The notes below the pieces were generated by a model. That model saw nothing but the letters and a program-made list of their open reading frames with translations, had not been told where the DNA came from and searched no databases. A stretch of 64,000 bases of DNA from Utricularia gibba. Its lineage: Eukaryota; Plantae; Magnoliophyta. Location: assembly GCA_002189035.1 (NCBI GenBank), contig NEEC01000016.1:124001-188000 (forward strand). The letters run 5' to 3'. Position numbers and translations under genes: made by a program. Shown piece after piece: positions 25,363 to 35,294 of the stretch (position 1 is the first letter of the stretch; every line of letters begins with the position of its first letter).

Positions 25363-28300
25363 ATGGTGGCCGTTTATGCCACCGCTGCCTCCGCTGGCAT
25401 CTTTGCTCCGCCTCCATTTCTCCGTCGCTGGAGAGCCTCCTGTAAACTGGACGTGTCTGCATCTATCGTCTCCGCCGAGAAACATCTGTCTCCTGCCAGC
25501 ACGCAGTCCTGGCCCACCGCTTACCCGACGCTCGATGCCCCCTTGACTGAAGGGAAAAGTAGCCACCGATCAACGTTGAAAGATTACTTCGCTCAGTCGG
25601 CGACACTGGTTAGAGAAACAGAGGGCGGTCCGCCGCGGTGGTTGGTGCCGTTGGATTGCGGGCCGAGCTTAAAAGATGCTCCTGTTTTGCTCTACTTACC
25701 TGGTGCGCTGAATCAATTGAACTTTAAATGTTCAAAACTCCAAGCTGTTTCCGCTTTCAATGTTCTGCTTCAACTAGATTTGGTTTTGTTTGTTTAAAGG
25801 GTTGACTGGTAATGGACTCGGATTGATGCTGCATCACCATAGACTTTGCAAGTAATGTTCCATCTCCAAAACCCATCTCGCGATTGGTTAGCTACTTTCT
25901 TTACTCACACTATCTTCGTCTCTTGGAGGGCGTTCGATACGTGGTGCCTGCACGTTCCCTTCACAGACAGAAGATCTTTCATTGGTACTGCCTCTTTCCT
26001 TCATTTGGAGTTTTATGATGCAATTGTAAGGATATGTGAGATCAATTCCGTACTTCATGTTGAATCTAGGCCTAGTCACGCTTGTTGAAGATGTGGTTAA
26101 AATGGAGCATTCTCGTGCCCCGAACAAGCCCATATACATACTTGGAGAATCATTTGGAGGATGCTTGGCTCTTGCCGTTGCTGCTCGAAACCCGTCTATC
26201 GACCTCATGTTGATCTTATCAAATCCAGGCAAAGAATATAGCTTTCTTTGTATTGGGGAAGATACTTTTGTCATATGCCAAGGTTCTTTGTTCAAATTTC
26301 GTGTTCTTATTACAGCTACTTCGTATGGTGCGTACCCTTTTCAAACGGAAGCACTCTTACCAGCCACGTTGATGATTCCCAGCAAACTTCCGTCTAGTCT
26401 GTTTTTCATCATAAGCGTGCTATCAGGTTTGTGTTCTTGAGAAGAAAGGCGTTGTCATGTTCATCATTCGTACGTTTAATAATCGGATTGGTATCAAGTT
26501 CTTCGGTATCAGGTGTTCCATTGAAAATGGTGGGTGAAAAGATTGGGAAGTTTCTTCCTTTGGAACACGTCGTTGGAGAGATCTCTCAAGACAATGAAGC
26601 CCTGTCAGCTTACCTTTCCGTAAGTACAGTAAGCTTATAGTTGACGAAGTGAATCAACAGAAGCTTCAATAAGCACATGCTTTGCTTCTGTTAGGTAGCT
26701 ATATGTTCTCTGGGCTTTCAAAGAAAAAGTAAACTGCAAAATGAAACATACACATGATTCTTTTATTGATTCTTGAATATTGTGAGTGATTGGCAGGCAC
26801 TCTCGGATTTTGTGAGCATTGAGACGCTCGTGTGGAAGCTCGAGCTACTCAAATCCGCAGCAGCGTTCGCGAATTCGAGACTCAACTCTGTCAAAGCTCA
26901 AACTTTAGTTCTTGCCAGGTTTCCCATCTCCATTCCTTGATCTATTCTATGTTTATCAGCTGACTGACTTTTGAACCTTTCAGTGGAAGAGACCAGTTAC
27001 TTCCCAGTAAAGAGGAAGCTGAAAGGCTTCGTAAGGTTATCCAAAGATGCGAGGTTCGGGTCTTTGATGAGAGCAACCATGCTCTCTTACTGGTAATATA
27101 CAGTATTTCTTGCTGCCATGGATACCCATAGTGTATCTGAACATCCAAATCCAGTCTTCCTTGGCTTGAATTGCAGGATCCGGACATAGATTTGATTCCG
27201 ACTTTGACTGGTGCCAGTTTTTACAGGCGGGGACTACGCCACAACTACGTCTCAGATTACTTGCCTCTCAGTCCTGATGAATTCCAGAGATTATACGGTC
27301 CACAAAGGTGAAGAAGACTTGATTTTCACCTCTGCCTCATAGCTACTCACTTCACTTGCTGGTTTATCCATCCAGGTGGATAGAAACCATAACAGATCCG
27401 GTGATGATCTCGACTCTGGACAATGGGAAACTGGTGAGAAACTTGGGTGGGATTCCCTCACAGGGACCCGTGCTCTGCGTTGGTTACCATATGATGCTTG
27501 GCCTCGAAGCGGTTCCTATGGTTGGTCGCTTCTGGGAAGAAAGGGGTATACTTCTTCGGGGTATTGCACACCCAATGATGTATGTTCAGGAGAAGGAAGG
27601 CCTGTTTCCTGCCATTTCATCTTTCGACATTATCAGAAAAGTGGGAGCTGTTCCAGTGTCAGGCACTAATTTCTTCAGACTCATGTCATCAGGCTGCCAT
27701 GCCCTCTTGTATCCAGGGGGAGTTCGGGAGGCTCTTCATCGAAAGGTAGCATTCCTTTGTCGGAGACAGAAGTACCTGCATCATGCTGATGTTATAACGT
27801 TATCAGGGGGAGGAATACAAACTGTTCTGGCCTGAACAATCGGAGTTTGTAAGAATAGCGGCAAGGTTTGGAGCAAAGATCGTTCCTTTTGGTTGTGTTG
27901 GAGAAGATGATGTTGGCGAAGTAAGATTTCTGAGCAACTTTCTCTGCCCCTGCCGTTCATATCCTGAATAACCGAACCCTCCTTGAAAAATCTGAACAGC
28001 TCCTCCTGGACTACAATGACCTCTCCAGGATTCCATATTTCAAGCAAAGCATACAAGAGCTCACCCAAGAAGCAGTCAAGTTGAGGTACCTTGAATCCTA
28101 TCCCGCATTAAATTTACGTCTTTCCGAATTTCCATAGCAACAATGTGCAACAGGACTGAGGCACGAGGGGAAGTTTCAAACCAAGATCTATACCTTCCAG
28201 TGCTCCTACCTAAAGTACCGGGACGATTCTATTACTACTTCGGGAAGCCCATAGAAACAAAAGGTGCACTGCAGTGTGTTTTTTGTTGTGAGAAGGCTGA

Positions 28301-28522
28301 GTGAAGGATGATAATGTGTTTGCTTATTCAGGGAGAGAGGCGGAGCTGAAGAGGAAGGAGACGGCTGATTTGGTGTATCTGCAAGTGAAAACAGAAGTTG
28401 AGAAATGCCTTAGTTTTCTCAAGGAGAAGAGAGAAAAGGATCCATACAGGAACATCTTTGCTCGCTTAGCATACCGAGGAATCCATGGATCTCACTCTCA
28501 AGTTCCCACATTTGATTTTTAG
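25363..28522 (+). CDS. Phytyl ester synthase-like esterase/lipase/thioesterase acyltransferase (At1g54570/At3g26840 family), probably plastid-targeted, 14 exons
   Basis: Ala/Ser/Arg-rich N-terminus, GGPPRW, PVLLYLPG, lipase motif GESFGG, and acyltransferase-domain VGYHMMLGLE, RGIAHP, LLYPGGVREALHRKGEEYKLFWP and FGAKIVPFG. Exon phases are consistent if intron 4 (26229-26315) is GC-AG. Confidence 0.93.
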
Positions 28523-28827
28523 GAATCTCCATCAAGAATAAACCAGAGCTGGAACTATGCATAACAGTGAGTCCAAATTATTTAATGGGTTCTGGAATTG
28601 CAATTTCACTAGATAACATACCCATAAACAATATGAATACACAATAACATGCATGGAAAGTCAAATGAATAAGGCCGCAACAAAATTCATAGTACATCTA
28701 TCAAGAATAATATGATGAACTAAAATAGCACAACTCAAACATCACATACATAGCAGAATTTAGGGTACAGTAACCATATTGGTCAGCTTAGAGATGGCAC
28801 TGGAAGTCAAAGGCACAAAGTCCCCCT

Positions 28828-29726
28828 TCACATGTCATTCTCAAGTATGGATCGCATCATCTCTATCGGAATGAGGCCTTCGGTTCTGATGGCATCTTTG
28901 TTTGGATCGGAACTTATGAAATACACTGTGGGCAATCCCCTAACCTGCATCACAGGCAACCATGATGGCTGTTACCAAATCAATGGCCAGGTGCTGTGGG
29001 CTTAGTTCGCTTGTTACCTGCATATCCCTAGCAAATTCATATTCATCATCAGTATCTACCTTCACGATCAATGCCTTATTCTGGTACTCAACAGCAAGCT
29101 GCATAACACCACACCCGCGGGGTTAGCTTGGCATCGACCTTGTTCACAAACTGAACTCGCTTGAAATCTACTGAGTACTATTCAATCTATCTTCAATATT
29201 GTAAAAATGAAGAACAGTACTTGATTTGAAGAAAACACATCATACCGTTTCCAACACTTGTGCCATTAAAATACATGGACCACACCATGTAGCATAGAAA
29301 TCGACTATCAATGGCACATTTCTTTCTCCTCTAACCAAATCTTGAATTTCCTTTGCAGATAGCTTTTTCTGTACCATTAGTGAAATTGGAACAGAATTCA
29401 TGTCCAAAGTTAGCAGGTTCAACCTTACAATATCAAGAAGAAATCTATCCAAAAGACGCAACACATACACTACTCGCATGCAGGAGTACACAATTTACAA
29501 ACTGGAAATGCAAGCATACCACGAGATAATCATCAGCGAGGTACTTTCCGGCCAGGGGCTTGCATATGAACTTCCTCGAGAGCTTTTTAGGCGAAGGGGA
29601 AAAGGGTCTGCAACTATCTCTGTTATCGGAGAACAGAGAAGTTCGTAGAGGCGATTTCAAGACATGGCGAACGTGCGAGGAATTCACTAAAGCTGGGACA
29701 GTGAATGAAGCAATAGCAGCTTGCAT
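28828..29726 (-). CDS. CITRX: Thioredoxin z / CITRX, chloroplastic, 175 aa, 4 coding exons
   Basis: Exons 29726-29520, 29368-29246, 29098-29018 and 28944-28828 join in frame: MQAAIAS...DDYLVKKLSAKEIQDLVRGERNVPLIVDFYATWCGPCILMAQ...DTDDEYEFARDMQVRGLPT...EGLIPIEMMR. It has the WCGPC active site. A 5' UTR intron of about 29742-30160 is likely. Confidence 0.95.
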
Positions 29727-32345
29727 TACAGCTCTGTTTCTGAAGACTGAATTTTGGGCTGGGATCGAAGGGAGGTGCAGCCCGTGGACTACGCAAAATG
29801 GGGAGCACGCCAACCTGTGCATAGTTCGAGAAAGCACTTGATGAAAAGGTAAAAACACCGGAAGAGAAGAAATTACGGAACAAAGGATGCAAATGCAAAG
29901 GAATTTTCCATGGCGTGGTATTACAGAACGAATCAAATCCAGCATACAAACTAGGGAACTAAAAATTTCAGCTTACTCAAAACAATTTGAACACAAACCC
30001 GAGCCCCAAAAAATAAACAGCATTTACCAATTCTTAGATGTAAGAAAAACACCAAAAACAGGAAACTGAGAACGCAAAGAAGAAGAGTGATACATAACCC
30101 AGGAACAAATTGCAACACAGAGCAGGAAGAAGAAAATCATAATCGTAAGACAATTTTTACCTCAAAGACAAAATGATGGGTTGAATTGAAGGCGGCGGCA
30201 ATGCAAATCGTCTTCGGATTTGAAACTCGACCACGCGAATGAACGGAGCGGGATGGATGGGTCGCAGCTGCGGCTGACTGAACCTTCACCGCCGTCTGGA
30301 TAAGTTCCTTTTTCCTTTTTTTTTTTAACCCTGCAATTTAATGACCATCAAAACATTTTTGACACTTTTACAAGAATTACTACAAGCAATGTATTTTCCA
30401 GGCTGTATTTAATCTTGAAATTTAATACTATAATAATTTGATTTTTAATTTTCAATTGTGCCACTTTTTTAAATATTTTTAATTGTGAATTGATCTCATT
30501 GTTTTTCCTTATCTCAAAGTAGAAGCACACAAGGCATTTATATGGCATTTTTTATTCCTCCCATATATAGGGTTTGATCTAGACATGCCATTTTTACTCT
30601 CTTTCTCATACATTAACACAAAAATTTTATATAGGGGATGTCCAATTTTTTCACACATATACGATCTGAATTTGTAAATGGAGTACAATTTCCAGAAGAA
30701 ATGACCGTGAAATAGTTATTATTTGTAATGACTTATCCTTACTTTACGTTTGCTTTAGTTATCCAACTCTTATGATTGTACTTTTTTCCTATCTTTGGTT
30801 TACTTTTCCAGAAAGATCACCCATGTTCGAAATATCTCCTCAAACATGTTTAACTTTAGATTGTTTATCAAATGCTCTAGAAAAAGTCTCATGTAATGGC
30901 CCTTGGTATAACAAGTCACAAAATGAAAAACAAAACCCTAGATATCCACCGGGTCCCCATGGCGTCTAGCAATAAACGAATGAGTGAAGCAATAAGGTTG
31001 ATTCAAGAAATAAGGAGATGGGTATTTTTCTTTCCGGAATGTAAAAGTTTTCGATAGCTTGCTGTTATCTGACTCGTACAAAGCACTGATAAACGCACAT
31101 GCTTACTACCTCCTAAGATCTATGGAGGTATGCTTCCATTTATTCAAGGTTCTGATCGAGGATAATGCAGTAATCATGGAAGAAAAGCCGTCTGCTTTAT
31201 TGCTCGTGAGTTTCGCTGCCTTCTTCATCATCGTTATTCCTGTATTCGGTGGCCTCCGACCCACATCAAGAAGACAACACCAATGATCCTGCTGGCTATC
31301 GGAAACCGTAGTAGAATGTGAGGATTCTGCCGGGGAGCCATCGGCCACCCCCCATGAAACCCTAATCCGCATGGATGTGAAGGAAATTCAGTAACATTTC
31401 GTGACGTCTCATGAAGAAATAAAACACAACAAATCTATTACACTAATTTGAAAAAGTGGACATGAAAAATTCGCACCACACTCAACAACCACATCTTGCA
31501 CCATATTCAACAAAAATAGCACCCTATAACTACACTCGATAATCGGATGTAGAAAAAAATTACCTCTCATCGCTAGTTGTCCAATTTCACTGTTGGAGTA
31601 CGGTTTCTATTATTTCTCCCACTCGGCTTGTAACTTTCTGCTCCATTTCAATTGGGCAATCCCATGGTGCTATAGTAACATAAAGTTTGAATTTTGATGG
31701 AATAGTTTGCATGTTTTCAATATCATACAACCAAAAATCATGTCCACGAAGTGTTCAATAAGCACATGGGATGTGTTTGTTCCCTCTTTTAAGTTACCAA
31801 TTGGGAATGCTTACAAAAAAATATATATATCATCTCCTTTATTTTATTTTATTTTCAAATAATTTTCTTGTACCTATTGTTGGGATGATATGATATGAGT
31901 ACCATATTATATTGTATATGCATGTGGCTCCAGGTGGGGTGGATGATTGGTGAACGTTGATCACAGCAGTAGAGAATCTTGGAATTTCTGTATGGGGAAA
32001 ATGGGCCATCCGTCATTCCCTATTCACTTCCAGGCTCCACAAAACCCAAGTTGATCGCCCTCTTGTAAAGCTTGCTGTGTGTCTCCATTTGTGCTCTTGA
32101 ACCATTTCATGAATTGAGAAAAAAAAACCCTATTTCTGAGTGAACTGTTTTCGTGTTTTTGTAAAGGGGCTCCATGATGAGTACGAGGAGGAGTTTGATT
32201 ATAAAGCTGATGTACATGGAATTGGTTTCCAGAGATCCGAAGATTTTTTTAACCATTTTCATGTTTTCGTGTGAAAACTGCAGTAGAAAATAAAAGGGTG
32301 AAGTGGGGAATCGGGAAAACTCTGCACCTCCTCTTTTTTTTTTTT

Positions 32346-33147
32346 TTAATGGAAGCTTTGCGGGTCTGTCCATGGCCAAAGATCAGGGTTTTCTTCAATT
32401 CTTCCGAGGAGGTTGCAGAGGCCTGCGCTTCCGGCCGTACTCGGAGGAGGATGGTTTCCTCCTGCTGAGCTGTGGAGGAGCTCCGTCAACCCTCCGCCGA
32501 GAGCCATCGACGGAGGGAACAACACTGCGGCGGCGGTGGCGGCCCCGGTGTTATCAGTTGCGTTGCTCCAAGAATGCTCCTTCTCTCTGTTGAGATTTAT
32601 CGTCCCCCCAGATGATTCCCTCTTCCTCAAAGCCAGTATCTGAACATTCACCAAAACCTAGATGAATATTATCGGAAAACCCGTTAAGCGTACCAAGTGA
32701 GTTTCAAATTTCCCGACTGACCTGCGACTCGAGCTTCTTGTTCTGGGATTTGAGTGACTCGTTATCAGCTCTAATGGCGTCAAACTGCCGTTTAAGAACA
32801 TCGTAATCCTTCTCCAGCTGCTTCGTCTTGGACCTCGCACGGCGGTTCTGAAACCAAATCGCAATTTGACGCGGCTGGAGGCCTAAAGCCCGGGCAAGCT
32901 CCATCTTCCGTTCGGGCTCCAGTTTGCTACCCAATTCGAAGCTTTTTTCCAAGGCCCGAACCTGTTCCACATGGAGCCTCCTCTTCTTCTCGCCGTGAAA
33001 CTGGGAGCCATCGTCCGACATCTCGTCATCCGGGGGCATATCAGCACCAGAAAAAGACACCGATCTCCCCATCAAGAAACCATGAAAATCAGTGACAGCA
33101 GAAGATGAGGAAGGCAGCCGAGATGCGTTTTCACGGCTCTGAAACAT
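32346..33147 (-). CDS. Class I HD-Zip transcription factor (HAT7/ATHB20/ATHB13 clade), 239 aa, 2 exons
   Basis: Exons are 33147-32722 and 32639-32346. The homeodomain [53 protein letters not shown] is followed by a leucine zipper. The C-terminus reads CNLLG...LWPW. An in-frame stop lies upstream of the ATG at 33147. Confidence 0.93.
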
Positions 33148-33197
33148 ATCGGGGAGCTTCCCTTGATTCCTCTCCTTCTTCTGGTGTTAAATCTAAT

Positions 33198-33335
33198 TCA
33201 TTTGCTCCAAGAAAAGAAGATGTAGATGCAAATTTTATGAAGGCATTGCTGAAGGGGTGAGAACATGGGGTCGCAAGTCTGTAAGCCAGCGATGATCTCC
33301 GTTAGGATGGAGACAGAGACCGTGTGGGAGAACAT
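33198..33335 (-). promoter_or_regulatory. Candidate 45-aa upstream ORF in the HD-Zip I 5' leader
   Basis: ATG at 33335 to TGA at 33198 encodes MFSHTVSVSILTEIIAGLQTCDPMFSPLQQCLHKICIYIFFSWSK and ends 50 nt before the main ATG. The ORF is seen directly; its transcription and translation are inferred. Confidence 0.5.
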
Positions 33336-35294
33336 GAACTGTTAGTTATTTATTATTTTTCATTTTCTTTTCAATATCCCCTAACTATTCAAAAACTACA
33401 ATCTATTCAAAAAAAATTATATGATTTTCTGTTCTATATATAATGAATTTATTTACATCTCCAAACATCTATTTGATACACGTGTTATTCAATACATATA
33501 AAATAATCTATTAACCATCTTTTTAGAAAAAAACAAATAATTTCACATTCTAAAATTATAACAAAATAATCAATTATATAAAAAATTAAAGATCACTAAC
33601 AATCATTAATCTATATTTTTTGTATACTTGTATTTCAATTTTGACATAGTTTTTTAAATTAAGTTATTTTCATCTGTTTTAAATAAATTTATAAAATATG
33701 TATTAAACATATTTTAAATTATAAATATATCATATATTTACCTAAATAAATAATTTAAATATATTATTAAATAAAATAACCCTTCAACAGCATCTAAATG
33801 GGTTTAAATCCAAGTTGAGGTAAATTTGTGTGAATTTAATCATTTGAAAAAAAAATTGAATTGGAATTAAAAAAAAAAAGAATCCCCTTTTCTATAGCTA
33901 TAAATTATATAAACTCAAACCACAAACCCATTAACTATATCCCCTCAATGTGCTATTAATATAGACGCATAAATTTTACCTCAGTAAATTTAAGTATTTA
34001 TCTTAACAAAGCGTTAAGAATAGCTAATCATAGGTAAATTTTCTATTCTTTTTCATTAACAATCTAGGGAGGTATTTGATAATCGATTTGAAATTTACGA
34101 ACTAAATTGATAATCGCAATACTATTTCACTAAAAATTGAGTATTATTAATAACAATTTTTTGAACCATGCGATTTGCTCGAGTTGAAATTGGGGTTTTG
34201 ATTCAAAGGAAAAAGAGGCATCCATCTTCCCCAAAGAGTAATGGAACAAGAAATGTGAGGGATTGAGAGCAGAAATGATGCCCCCGATTCGAAATCATTG
34301 GTTGGCAGCGCACCCGAATAGACGTGGTCAAAATGGAATCCAGGAGAGGAATGAGAAATTCTGAATGGGAACAAAGAATTTCCGGAAACAATGAGGCATG
34401 GAGAGAGTTGGGTAAAGGGGTTCACCGCACCCGAATAGCCACAAAATGCTATTTTCATGAATCAGGCATCGTCCTCCTGTGTGCTCTTCTCCCTGCTACT
34501 CTGGTTAGGAGAAAGGGAAAAATACTGTGTTCCCAGAGTCTCTTCTCTTGCCTTCTTCCATTGATGACGGTGCATGAACTCGCTCGGCCCAGATCACAAC
34601 AGATGCTGCATCTGAAAGCATGTTCTCCCTTTCTGAAGGATGTGGATGCTGTGCTCAAGAAGAAAACTGGTTCAAGATGTTAAGAGCCACCACAACAGAT
34701 GCTGCATTCGAAAGCATGTGTGTGGAAGATGTGGATGCTGTGATATACTATCATCGGACTAGGTTATTGTAATTACTGGTGGATACGCATATGTATCTTT
34801 TTTGCAATATTAAAAAAAAAAGATGATATATTTTGGTAATTGAACTTAACTTATTATTATATATGATCTTAAAATCAACGAGTTACTATCTGATTATAAA
34901 TAGGAAGACAACATTAATATTGTAATATTTCACCTCGCAATTTTTACCTTTGATCATAGATGATGATAGAATATGTTCAATATTTTATAACGAGAATGGT
35001 ATAAATGGTTGTTTCTGATGCTATTCTACAAGTGAAGGCAGAAATTCATGTAATCCAAATACTTCCGTACACCCAGTTCCAAAATATGGGTTTAGTCACG
35101 TGTCCAACTCGAGTTGTTGTAATAAGGTGGGTCAGATGTACGGATGACCAGATAGACTGAACAGTCGAAATTTGGGAGCAAGTGCAGCAGGAGAATAGAG
35201 CGGGGGATCCCAATATCTACAGCACATGATCATCTGCTACATGGGTTATCATCAACGAAAAATCAAGTGGAAACCAATGGTTAACAGCCAAAAC

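Noticed and set aside
34590-34745. GATGCTGCAT words resembling miR172, and a nearby miR164-star-like stretch
   Set aside because: The matches are only partial, the repeats are direct rather than inverted, and there is no complementary arm for a hairpin.
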